64,000 bases of DNA from a bacterium HR34. GTDB lineage: Bacteria > Patescibacteriota > Minisyncoccia > Minisyncoccales > HRBIN34. How positions within the stretch are numbered: position 1 is the stretch's first letter; every line of letters begins with the position of its first letter. Below are positions 39,626 through 48,778 of this stretch, in pieces. The notes under the pieces are model-generated. The model was given only the letters and a program-made list of their open reading frames with translations. It was not told where the DNA came from and did no database searches. A program made the translations under genes and the position numbers. Location of the stretch: contig BEIK01000003.1 of the NCBI GenBank assembly GCA_002923395.1, forward strand, positions 2,337 through 66,336, written 5' to 3'.

Positions 39626-41129
39626 AGTCAGATTAGCCCCTTCACCAACAGGTTATTTGCATATGGGAACCGCTCGTGTCGCCTTGTTTAATTATCTATT
39701 TGCTAAACAAAATAACGGCTCTTTTATTTTAAGAATAGAAGACACAGATAAAGAAAGATCAAAAAAAGAATATGAGGAAGATATTATAAAATCTCTTTTA
39801 TGGTTAGGTTTGAAATGGAATGAAGGTCCTGATTATAATGATTACTCAAACTATATAGGAGATCACGGTCCTTATAGACAAAGCGAAAGAGTAAGTTTAT
39901 ATAAAAAGTATTTGGAAATTTTATTAAACAAAGGTTTGGCATATTATTGTTTTTGTTTACCAGAAGAACTCGAGGCTCAAAAAAATTACTTAATAAGCAT
40001 AGGAAAACCTCCTGTTTATTCTGGAAAATGCAGAGAGTTAAAAAAAGAAGAAGTTTTAAAAAAACTTGAAAAGGGAGAAAGACATATAATAAGATTGGCT
40101 GTTCCAAAGGATAAAATTATAAAATTTAATGATATTGTGAGGGGAGAAATTAAAATAAATAGTTCTATTATAGGTGATTTTTCTATTGCAAAAGGGTTAG
40201 AGGAGCCTTTGTATAATTTTGCTGTTGTTGTAGATGATTACGAAATGGAAATAAGTCATATTATTAGAGGGGAGGATCATATTTCAAATACTCCCAAGCA
40301 AATAATTATTCAGCAAATGCTAAATTTTAACAAAGTTTATTATGCTCATTTACCTTTAATTTTAGCTCCAGATAGAACAAAACTAAGTAAGCGTCATGGA
40401 GCAGTTTCTGTTATGGAGTTTAAGAAAATGGGTTATCTACCAGAATCAATTATTAATTTTTTGGCTTTTTTGGGATGGAATCCGGGAACAGACAAAGAAA
40501 TATATTCGTTACAAGAGTTAATAAAAGATTTTTCATTAGAAAGGATTCAAAAGTCAGGAGCTATTTTCAATATTAAAAAACTAGATTTTCTAAATTCTTA
40601 TTACATTAAGCAAAAAAGCGCTGACGAACTTTTTGATTTATCATATGAATACATAAAAGATTTTATAAAACAAGAAAGCGATAAAGATAAAATTAAAAAA
40701 ATTTTAGAAGTTTATAAAACAAGGATAAACAAACTTTCAGATTTGCCAACAGAAATAGACTTTTTCTTTAAAGACATTAATTATCCTAAAGATTTATTAA
40801 GATGGAAAGACGCCACAGATACAGAAATCCTTCTTTGTATTGATAAGTTAGAAGATACATTAGATAATATAAAAGAGGAGGATTTTAATAGAGATTATTT
40901 ATCGCAAGTTTTATTAAAAGAGGCCCAAGAATTTGCTAAAATAATAAATAGAGACGAAAAAGATAGGGGATATATGCTGTGGACTTTAAGAGTAGCTTTA
41001 ACTGGCAAGAAATTTTCAGCAGGACCATTTGAAATTATGGAAATTTTAGGCAAAAAAGAAACAATAAGAAGACTTAAAAAAGCAGGAGAAATAATACAAA
41101 AAAACAGTAATGGAAATAACGATAATTAA
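39615..41129 (+). CDS. gltX: glutamyl-tRNA synthetase
   Basis: RLAPSPTGYLHMG (HIGH region) and KLSKRHG (KMSKS region). Confidence 0.95.
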   Translation: MKVRVRLAPSPTGYLHMGTARVALFNYLFAKQNNGSFILRIEDTDKERSKKEYEEDIIKSLLWLGLKWNEGPDYNDYSNYIGDHGPYRQSERVSLYKKYLEILLNKGLAYYCFCLPEELEAQKNYLISIGKPPVYSGKCRELKKEEVLKKLEKGERHIIRLAVPKDKIIKFNDIVRGEIKINSSIIGDFSIAKGLEEPLYNFAVVVDDYEMEISHIIRGEDHISNTPKQIIIQQMLNFNKVYYAHLPLILAPDRTKLSKRHGAVSVMEFKKMGYLPESIINFLAFLGWNPGTDKEIYSLQELIKDFSLERIQKSGAIFNIKKLDFLNSYYIKQKSADELFDLSYEYIKDFIKQESDKDKIKKILEVYKTRINKLSDLPTEIDFFFKDINYPKDLLRWKDATDTEILLCIDKLEDTLDNIKEEDFNRDYLSQVLLKEAQEFAKIINRDEKDRGYMLWTLRVALTGKKFSAGPFEIMEILGKKETIRRLKKAGEIIQKNSNGNNDN

Positions 41130-41595
41130 AAAGAAAAATATAATTGTAAGTTTTTTAATAAGTGCTTTTTTGTTATCTTTTGCTTTTGTTTTTGCTCAAG
41201 GTAATCAATTAAATAACTTTTCTAATGGTTCTTTTAAGAATGGTACTAATCAAATAGAAATACCCAGAGACTTAAAAGATATTGAAAATATGGGTGATAA
41301 GGTAATAGAAACAACGAAAATTTTAGTGCCTAAAATTATAAAACAAATTTGGGAAGAAAAAATACTTCCTATTTGGCAAAAAATGTGGGATTATGCGAGA
41401 AATTTATGGGAAAAACATTTTGCAGATTCTTTTAACAATTTTTTAAAACAACTTGAAGAGTGGCTTGGTGTTACATTTAAAGAAAGAAAAGAATTAACAA
41501 AAGAAAAATTTGAAAAAGAAAAAGAAGAATTTACAAAAGAAGCTCCAGAATTAGGCAAATCTCTTTGGGAAAAATTATGGGAATTAATTAAATAA
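41110..41595 (+). CDS. hypothetical secreted helical protein
   Basis: Signal-like IIVSFLISAFLLSFAFVFAQG, then a Lys/Glu/Trp-rich helical region. Confidence 0.5.
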   Translation: MEITIIKKKNIIVSFLISAFLLSFAFVFAQGNQLNNFSNGSFKNGTNQIEIPRDLKDIENMGDKVIETTKILVPKIIKQIWEEKILPIWQKMWDYARNLWEKHFADSFNNFLKQLEEWLGVTFKERKELTKEKFEKEKEEFTKEAPELGKSLWEKLWELIK

Positions 41596-41639
41596 AAATA
41601 TAAAATATATTGTTAAAAATCCATAAGTTCCACCAACCA

Positions 41640-42240
41640 AAGATAGCAGTAATGAAAGTGAAAAATTAAAGTTTCAAGAAATATTTTCAGAAATAGATAA
41701 GCAATATTATTTTATAAATGAATATTTTAATGAGATTAGAGATAAGAAAATAAATTATCCAGATAGAAAAGAATTTGAAGAGTTTATAGACATACTAAAA
41801 AAATGTTTTTTGGTGTTTTGCCAATTATTATTTAAAAAGCACGTATTACAAAAATATAATTAAAAATTACGATCTTACTCCTGAAGACGAATTTAAAATA
41901 TTAGAAGATACCAAAAAAGAAATTCAAGAAATTGATGAATATTTGAAATCCATTAATGATCTTATTAACGAAAGAAATAACTTTGCTCAAAAGAGTAAGA
42001 GCGAAAACATGTATAAATGTACGACTTCATTATATAAAATATATACTTGCTGGATAGAGATGGTCTCTATGTACTTAATAGCGATATAGACTATTTTTAG
42101 AAATCCAAATGAACAAAATAAAAAATCAGCTCTTCAATATCTTGGACTTTCATTTACTATTTTGGAAAGACCTCAAATGATATTGAAATGATCCATAGTT
42201 ATGCTAATAAACTTAAAAACAATATGAACCTAAAATAATA
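41640..42240 (+). pseudogene. decayed coding region (multiple frame breaks)
   Basis: Hand translation gives coding-like fragments in shifting frames: KFQEIFSEIDKQYYFINEYFNEIRDKKINYPDRKEFEEFIDILKK.., DLTPEDEFKILEDTKKEIQEIDEYLKSINDLINERNNF.., TIFRNPNEQNKKSALQYLGLSF... There is no intact ORF of 60 aa or more. Confidence 0.5.
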
Positions 42241-42268
42241 ATAACTTATGGGTGGAGGATTATATCAA

Positions 42269-42286
42269 TTTAACGTCGCACAATAT
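42269..42286 (+). repeat. 18-bp direct repeat, copy A
   Basis: TTTAACGTCGCACAATAT is identical to 43675-43692. It overlaps a local inverted repeat, ACGTCGC-N14-GCGACGT. Confidence 0.85.
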
Positions 42287-42354
42287 AGATAAAGCGACGT
42301 ATAATTAAAAAAGAATCTTTACTCATCTACTTAGGTTTTTAATAGCTTTTCCAA

Positions 42355-42741
42355 CTAATTTTTTGGCTTATTTGTTAATTCTTCAATTTTTTTAAACAAA
42401 TCTGATTCTACATCTTGTAATTCTTTTATAAATTTATCTTTATTGTTAGGATTATTTTTTAGTAACTCTATGATATTACTAAAAGTTTCCAATGTCCTCA
42501 TTTTTCTGTCTTTTATTATATAGACTTGCTCAAGTAAGTAATTAATGTCTTGTATTTTGCTACTTAGTATAGCTTTTATAATTATCCATAAGGAAAAAAG
42601 TTTATTAATTTTTGTGTTTATGGTTAGTTTTCTATTATTTAATATGTCCATTCTAATATTATTTATTTCGTGTATGCATTCTTTAAACTTCTGTTCTGGA
42701 GTTTGTTCTTTTGATTGAGGTGTTTCTCTACGATTTCTCAT
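42355..42741 (-). CDS. hypothetical helical protein inside the repeat-bounded block
   Basis: 128-aa ORF with no recognisable motif. Its neighbours are fragmented. Confidence 0.4.
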   Translation of the reverse strand: MRNRRETPQSKEQTPEQKFKECIHEINNIRMDILNNRKLTINTKINKLFSLWIIIKAILSSKIQDINYLLEQVYIIKDRKMRTLETFSNIIELLKNNPNNKDKFIKELQDVESDLFKKIEELTNKPKN

Positions 42742-42901
42742 AACTTTGTAATATTATGTTTAAGGTTTTTTCTAATTTTTCTTTTATTCCATCTATTATT
42801 TTTAAAGCGGTATCAGGTTTATGCATATAGCATATATTAATTATATCTAGTTGTAATTCTACAAAAATTCTTTCCCCTTTTCCGTAACTATTATCTTTTG
42901 C

Positions 42902-43663
42902 TCAATTTATCGAATTTCTTAATTCAGCAGCCTGCGTTTCTAGGAAGGAACGATAAGCATATTTTTTCAATAAGTCATCCTCTTTGCCTGTGATTGTTTT
43001 ATAGTGCGCTTTTAATATTTCTATATCTTCTTTGTCTGGTGGAGTTTCTGACTTATTTGGAAATTGACGAGTTTTATATTCCTCCAACAAATCTTTTAGA
43101 TAATTTAAAATAACCAATGTTTTGTAAAGTTCTATTGAAAATAATATACATTCTACTTTTTCTCTTTCTGATTCAGACAGTTCTTCTTCTGATATTTCTT
43201 CAACATTAACAACAGTTGGTTTGTATAATTGTTAGTTCATTGAAAACAGAGAGCAACTTTTTCCATCTTTCTATTTTTAAACTGCTCAAGCTAACTTCTT
43301 TTTTAACGATTTCATTGATTTCCTCTGTAATATCTTTAACATCTTCATCTTCTTGAATAAATTTTCCTATTGTTTTTAGCGTATTCTTCAATCTCTTTAA
43401 ACCTATTTTCTATCTCTATAATTTTATTTTTTCTATTATTTTCTTCGCTAAAATTTTCTTTTATCATTTTTATTTCTCTATTAAATCTGAAAAATTTTCT
43501 TTTATTTTATTACTCACTTGTTCTGTGTTTTCTTTATATGCTTTTATTATTTTTTTCCAACATTAATTAAATTAAGAGATTTTTTTCATTCATTTATAGC
43601 TCCTAACAACATTAACTCTTCGTTTGCCTTTTTCTCTGGTGATTCATTTGGACGTTTTTCCAT
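42902..43663 (-). pseudogene. frameshifted remnants of one or more genes
   Basis: The fragments MEKRPNESPEKKANEE.., ..KENTEQVSNKIKENFSDLIEK.., MKNTLKTIGKFIQEDEDVKDITEE...ELTIIQ and PTVVNVEEISEEELSESEREKVECILFSIELYKTLVILNYLKDLLEEYK... continue one another only after +1/-1 shifts. Confidence 0.55.
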
Positions 43664-43674
43664 ATTTTTTTAAT

Positions 43675-43692
43675 TTTAACGTCGCACAATAT
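43675..43692 (+). repeat. 18-bp direct repeat, copy B
   Basis: TTTAACGTCGCACAATAT lies 48 nt upstream of the recombinase start. It overlaps the inverted repeat TTTAACG-N19-CGTTAAA. Confidence 0.85.
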
Positions 43693-43739
43693 TAACAAAT
43701 CGTTAAAAATAATTTATTATTAAAGTATAGGCAAAAACT

Positions 43740-44699
43740 ATGAAAAAATCAAACAAACCAATAATAAAACATATTCCTGACTTTCTTGATTATTGCGAGG
43801 TTGAAAAAGGACTTTCTCAAAAAACTCAAGAAAACTATCACAGATATTTAAAAATGTTTGTTTTATGGTTAAAAAGTAAAAATGAGAATTTGCTTCCCCA
43901 TCAATTAACACCAGATCATATTTGGGAATATAGATTGTTTTTGGCAAGATATCAAAATCCAATTACAAAAAAGAATTTAGAAAAAATCACTCAAAATTAT
44001 TATTTAATTGCTCTTAGGAGATTATTAAAGTTTTTTGCTGATAAGGATATTTTATCTTTACCTCCTGAAAAAGTTGCTTTATCAAAAGATATAAAGAAAG
44101 AAAAAACAGTGAAATTTTTAACGCTTGAGCAAATAGAAAAACTTCTTTTGACTCCAAACACTAAAAATATAACAGGTTTAAGGGATAGGGCTATTTTAGA
44201 AACTCTTTTTTCTACTGGTTTAAGGGTCGCAGAGCTTGTAAGTTTGAATAGAGAGCAATTTGCGAATATAAATGACAAAAAAGATTTTGAACTAAGTATT
44301 ATTGGAAAAGGTTCAAGGCCAAGAACTGTTTATTTTTCAGAAAGAGCTTTGAAATGGCTTAAAAGATATTTAGAAACAAGAAATGATAAAGAAAAAGCAT
44401 TGTTTATAAATTATAAAGGAAAAAAACCTGGTACAAGGTTAACAGCAAGATCTGTTGAAAGAATTGTTAAAAAATACGCCGTTGCAAGCGGTGTTCCATT
44501 TTTTACAACACCCCATACTTTAAGGCACTCTTATGCAACTGATTTGTTAATGCAGGGGGTTGATTTGAGAATAATTCAAGAGTTTTTAGGGCATAAAAAT
44601 ATTGTTACAACTCAAATATACACGCATGTTACCAATAAGAAATTAAGGGACATTCATAGAGAATATCATAGCGGCAACAGAATAAAAGATATTGAGTAA
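43740..44699 (+). CDS. tyrosine site-specific recombinase (XerC/XerD-like)
   Basis: An N-terminal SAM-like domain (FLDYCEVEKGLSQKTQENYHRYL). The catalytic residues sit in TGLRVAELVSL (R), HTLRHSYAT (H-x-x-R) and LGHKNIVTTQIYTHV (H...Y). Confidence 0.85.
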   Translation: MKKSNKPIIKHIPDFLDYCEVEKGLSQKTQENYHRYLKMFVLWLKSKNENLLPHQLTPDHIWEYRLFLARYQNPITKKNLEKITQNYYLIALRRLLKFFADKDILSLPPEKVALSKDIKKEKTVKFLTLEQIEKLLLTPNTKNITGLRDRAILETLFSTGLRVAELVSLNREQFANINDKKDFELSIIGKGSRPRTVYFSERALKWLKRYLETRNDKEKALFINYKGKKPGTRLTARSVERIVKKYAVASGVPFFTTPHTLRHSYATDLLMQGVDLRIIQEFLGHKNIVTTQIYTHVTNKKLRDIHREYHSGNRIKDIE

Positions 44700-44708
44700 T
44701 TTAATAAA

Positions 44709-44861
44709 TTAATCTATATTATTTTCTTGTTCTATTTGTATTGGCTGGTAATCTAAAAGTTCTGCAACCACATAACCTGAAAAGAAAAATAAACTATGGC
44801 TTAAAATTAAAATAAGAATTATTATAATCTTTTCTTTATTTTTTCTGATTTTATTTATCAT
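44709..44861 (-). CDS. possible 50-aa small membrane protein
   Basis: Unlisted [53 protein letters not shown]. It has one TM and no clear RBS. Confidence 0.2.
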   Translation of the reverse strand: MINKIRKNKEKIIIILILILSHSLFFFSGYVVAELLDYQPIQIEQENNID

Positions 44862-44933
44862 TTCTTTCACTTGATTTTTTGTTTTTTACATGATAATATA
44901 GGAATTATATCAAACTTATTAAACTTTAAAACT

Positions 44934-45206
44934 ATGGCACAAACTAAATCTGCAGGTTCAACGAGCTTAGGAAGAGATTCAAGGCCCAAATATTTAGGTG
45001 TAAAACTTTCTGATGGCCAGAAAGTTAGAAAAGGGCAAATTATTATAAGACAGAGAGGCACTAAATATGTTCCTGGTAAAAATGTTAAGTTAGGAAAAGA
45101 CTACACGATATACGCAACAAAAGATGGGGTGGTTAAATTTTATGAGAAAAACAAAACTCTATTTACAGGAAACAAAAGAAAAGTTAAAGTTGTTAGCGTA
45201 ATTTAG
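44934..45206 (+). CDS. rpmA: ribosomal protein L27
   Basis: [42 protein letters not shown] placed the start at the internal ATG. A TTGATT-N17-TAATAT promoter-like pair lies just upstream. Confidence 0.9.
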   Translation: MAQTKSAGSTSLGRDSRPKYLGVKLSDGQKVRKGQIIIRQRGTKYVPGKNVKLGKDYTIYATKDGVVKFYEKNKTLFTGNKRKVKVVSVI

Positions 45207-46830
45207 CTTTTGCTACTTTTATAAACTCATTATACAAAGGATGGCCAATAATTGGCCTTGATTTAAATTCTGGATGGAATTGTACTCCTACAAAAAATGG
45301 ATGATTCTTTAATTCTATTATTTCAACCAAATTTTTTTCAGGATTTATTCCTGAAAAAACCATTCCTTTAGAGGACAATACTTCTAAATAGTCGTTGTTA
45401 AATTCATATCTGTGCCTGTGTCTTTCATAAATTAGTTCTTTTTTGTAGGCACTAAAAGCAATTGTGCCTTTTTTTATTTTGCAAGCATACTCCCCTAATC
45501 TCATTGTTCCTCCATATTTCTTTTCTTTTAATAGAACTTTTTGATCTGGCATTATGTCAATTATTTTATTTTTTGCCTTTGGGTTAAATTCTCCAGATGT
45601 CGCATCTTTTATTTTGCATACATTTCTCGCAAATTCTATACAAGCCAACTGCATTCCAAGACATAAACCAAAATAAGGTATGTTATTTTTTCTGCAGTAC
45701 TCAATCGCTCTTATTTTTCCTTCGACTCCCCTACTTCCAAATCCTCCTGGAACAACTACTCCGTGGTAATTTTTTAATTCTCTTACTTTTGACGGATTTT
45801 TTTCGTATTCCTCTGAATTTAACCAGTGAATTTCTGGTTGAACTTTATTGTACCAGCACGCATATTTTATTGATTCTATTACTGAAATATAAGCGTCGAG
45901 TAAGGTAAAATCGCCTGTTTTAAAATATTTACCGACAATTGCTATTTTTACTTTTGTAAGGTTTATGTCTTCAACAACTTTTAGGAAATCATACCAATCT
46001 TTATTGTTAACTTTTTTTATTGGTTTTTTATTAAAATGTTTTAATATCTTTTCTGCAAATTTATCTTTTTCAAAATACTTTACCAAAGAATAAATGTTCT
46101 TAACATCAGGTGCCGAAATAACATTTTCTTTTTTGATGTTACATGAAACAGACAGTTTACTTTTTCTTTTCTCATCAATTTCCCTCTTTGATCTACCGAC
46201 AATGAAGTCTGGTTGTATTCCTGCCATATTTAAACTTCTAACAGCATATTGAGTTGGCTTTGTTTTCATTTCTCCTACTGAATCTGGTATCGGGAGATAA
46301 CTAACCAAAACAAAACCTACATTTTTTGGGTTTTTTAATTTCATTATTCTTGCTGCTTCCAAAAAAATTAAGTTTTGATATTCGCCAACAGTTCCTCCTA
46401 TTTCGACGATAAGAAAGTCTGCTTTATCTTTTTTTGCAGCGTCATTTATTCTTTGGATTATTTCATTTGTTATATCAGGAACAACTTCAACGCATTTTCC
46501 GTTGTACTTAAAACTTCTTTCTTTGTCTATAACAGATTTATAAATTAAACCTGTCGTTATATAATTTCTTGATGACAAATCTTTATTTAAAAACCTTTCA
46601 TAATTTCCTATGTCTTGATCACATTCTATTCCATCTTTAGTAACAAAAACTTCTCCGTGCTCAAGTGGATTCATTGTGCCAGCGTCTACGTTAATGTATG
46701 GGTCTATCTTTACGCAGGATACATTAAAATTTCTATCTGCTAATAATTTAGCTATGTTGGATACAGTTACTCCTTTTCCAATACTTGACATTACGCCACC
46801 TACCACAAATAAAAAATTTGTTTTTGCCAT
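45193..46830 (-). CDS. pyrG: CTP synthase
   Basis: FV.GGV.SS.GKG, an amidoligase domain, and a GATase domain with GLCLGMQ and HRHRYE. Confidence 0.97.
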   Translation of the reverse strand: MAKTNFLFVVGGVMSSIGKGVTVSNIAKLLADRNFNVSCVKIDPYINVDAGTMNPLEHGEVFVTKDGIECDQDIGNYERFLNKDLSSRNYITTGLIYKSVIDKERSFKYNGKCVEVVPDITNEIIQRINDAAKKDKADFLIVEIGGTVGEYQNLIFLEAARIMKLKNPKNVGFVLVSYLPIPDSVGEMKTKPTQYAVRSLNMAGIQPDFIVGRSKREIDEKRKSKLSVSCNIKKENVISAPDVKNIYSLVKYFEKDKFAEKILKHFNKKPIKKVNNKDWYDFLKVVEDINLTKVKIAIVGKYFKTGDFTLLDAYISVIESIKYACWYNKVQPEIHWLNSEEYEKNPSKVRELKNYHGVVVPGGFGSRGVEGKIRAIEYCRKNNIPYFGLCLGMQLACIEFARNVCKIKDATSGEFNPKAKNKIIDIMPDQKVLLKEKKYGGTMRLGEYACKIKKGTIAFSAYKKELIYERHRHRYEFNNDYLEVLSSKGMVFSGINPEKNLVEIIELKNHPFFVGVQFHPEFKSRPIIGHPLYNEFIKVAKAKLR

Positions 46831-46839
46831 AAACTTTCT

Positions 46840-47295
46840 TTATAGTATATCTTCTACAACTATTAATCTAATTTTAGCTTCTAGGTTATGCTTAAATTTT
46901 AATGTTATATCATATTCACCAACTTCTTTTATTGGTTTTTCAAGTTTTACCTTAAAATATTTAGTGTTATAACCCATTTCGCTTAATTTATTCATTATTT
47001 TTTTGGCATTTATGGATTCATAAAGTCTTCCATTTTTACCAACTTTTGCTGGCATTTCAACTTCTATGCAATCTATTTTTTCAACCATTTCTTGAATTTT
47101 TAACAATTCTTTTTCTGCTTTAATTTCTTTTTGCTTCTTAGTCTTTTCAAGTTCTTTTATTGTTTTCTCATCGGCTATTTTAACTAACCCTTTTGGTATC
47201 AAGTAATTTTGAGCATAACCAACAGATACCTCTTTTATATCACCTTTATTGCCTAAACCTTCTACTCTTTTTAGCAAGATAACTTTAACTTTCAT
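46840..47295 (-). CDS. rplI: ribosomal protein L9
   Basis: MKVILL..V..LG.KGD.KEV..GYA.NYLIPKGLV. Confidence 0.85.
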   Translation of the reverse strand: MKVKVILLKRVEGLGNKGDIKEVSVGYAQNYLIPKGLVKIADEKTIKELEKTKKQKEIKAEKELLKIQEMVEKIDCIEVEMPAKVGKNGRLYESINAKKIMNKLSEMGYNTKYFKVKLEKPIKEVGEYDITLKFKHNLEAKIRLIVVEDIL

Positions 47296-47300
47296 ATCTT

Positions 47301-48524
47301 TTAATTATTTATTAATCCTTTTAAAACTTCTATTGCTTTTTCTAATTGTGTATCTTTTTCTTCATCTTCTGAATATTTTACTTCAATGTCTGGTTTTATG
47401 CCGTTTTCCTCTATCACATTTCCTTTTGGAGTTAGCCACTTTGCAACAGTAAATTTTACTGCTGAACCATCAGGAAGATCTCTTAATTCCTGCACGGATC
47501 CTTTTCCAAAGCTTTTCTCGCCTACTATTTTTACATTTTCTCTGTTATCTTTTATTGCGCCTGCCATTATTTCAGAAGCCGAAGCAGAACCTTGATTTAT
47601 TAATATAACTAAAGGATAATTTTTTAACAAAGATGGTCCCTTAGATTTATATAAAACATTATTTCTATTTCCGTCAAATTGTTCAATTACTATTGTATCT
47701 TGTTCATCTAAAAACCATCCTGTTACATCAACAGCAACCTGCAAAAATCCTCCTGGATTATTTCTTAAGTCTATTATTATCCCTTTTATGTTTGGATTAG
47801 ATAAAATTTTATATGCTGTTTTGGCGAATTCTTGTGTAAGATTGGCAGAAAAACTATATATTTTTATATAAGCGATGTTATCTTCTTTAACTTCGTATTT
47901 TATTAGCGGAATATAAATTTTCTCCCTCGTTATTTTAAAATCTTTTGGTTTTTTAAATTCATCTCGCACAATTGTTAAGATAACAGTAGTGCCAGCTTTA
48001 CCTCTTATCAATTTTACTGCCTCTTCTAATGTCATATCTTCTGTTGATTTGCCGTCTATTGCTGTTATTATATCACCTGGTTTTATGCCTGCTTTGAAAG
48101 CTGGCGTCCCTTCTAATGGCGCTATAACAGTTAGCGTATTTTTCCTAATACCTATTTCCATTCCCACCCCTTCAAATTCTCCTGATACATCTTCTCTAAA
48201 TATTTTTGCTCTTTCAGGATCTAAAAACACAGTATAAGGATCTCCTAAAGATTTTACCATTCCGCTTATTGCTCCATATAAAACTTTTTGAGAGTCTATT
48301 TTATCCGCGTATATAAAATTTTGTTTGAGGATGCCATAAACTTGCCAAAATAAAGAAAAGTCTATTTTTTCATCAATATTTTTAGGTTTTGTATTTTTAA
48401 ACTCATCTATTATTACTGGCGGCAAATTTTCTTTCCCTTTTTCAAAGCCAATATAAAAAGAGACGCTCGAGGCTACTCCAATTATTATAATAACCAAAAT
48501 AAGTTTTAATAAAAACTTTTTCAT
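47301..48524 (-). CDS. ctpA: S41 carboxy-terminal processing protease
   Basis: N-terminal TM, a PDZ region (GIKPGDIITAIDGKS), LRNNPGG, GSASASEI and KSFGKGSVQ. Confidence 0.85.
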   Translation of the reverse strand: MKKFLLKLILVIIIIGVASSVSFYIGFEKGKENLPPVIIDEFKNTKPKNIDEKIDFSLFWQVYGILKQNFIYADKIDSQKVLYGAISGMVKSLGDPYTVFLDPERAKIFREDVSGEFEGVGMEIGIRKNTLTVIAPLEGTPAFKAGIKPGDIITAIDGKSTEDMTLEEAVKLIRGKAGTTVILTIVRDEFKKPKDFKITREKIYIPLIKYEVKEDNIAYIKIYSFSANLTQEFAKTAYKILSNPNIKGIIIDLRNNPGGFLQVAVDVTGWFLDEQDTIVIEQFDGNRNNVLYKSKGPSLLKNYPLVILINQGSASASEIMAGAIKDNRENVKIVGEKSFGKGSVQELRDLPDGSAVKFTVAKWLTPKGNVIEENGIKPDIEVKYSEDEEKDTQLEKAIEVLKGLINN

Positions 48525-48564
48525 TTCTTATTTTTTAGATTTTAAAATCTTAAAAACAATATAT

Positions 48565-48615
48565 ATTATAAACCATTTTTCAAAAACAGACAATTTTTTG
48601 TATAAGATGAGTAAG
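48565..48615 (-). promoter_or_regulatory. candidate promoter of ctpA-rplI-pyrG with conserved upstream element
   Basis: Minus-sense CTTACTCATCTTATACA (48615-48599), then 5 nt, TTGTCT (48593-48588), 17 nt, TATAAT (48570-48565). Confidence 0.55.
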
Positions 48616-48674
48616 TTTTTATAGTTTACTATTCGAAGTTATGAAATAATAGATAAAAATTAATAGAATATTGC

Positions 48675-48710
48675 CTGCCCCATTGTTCACGATCGTGGAC
48701 AATGGGGCAG
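48675..48710. repeat. 36-nt palindrome centred on CGATCG (family copy 3)
   Basis: CTGCCCCATTGTTCACGAT|CGTGGACAATGGGGCAG has 18-bp arms with a single T/G (G-U in RNA) position. Confidence 0.85.
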
Positions 48711-48778
48711 CTGAAAATTAATTATTTTTTCTTGTATTTTATTCTTATCTTTTGCATTTTCAATTTTTTTGCGGATTT

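Noticed and set aside
42269-42286. Interpreting the 18-bp repeat as a chromosomal dif site for the adjacent XerC/D-like recombinase.
   Set aside because: Only the ATTTAAC end resembles the E. coli dif outer arm. The characteristic 11-6-11 imperfect palindrome (TTATG..CATAA inner arms) is missing. The two copies 1.4 kb apart fit att-like sites better.
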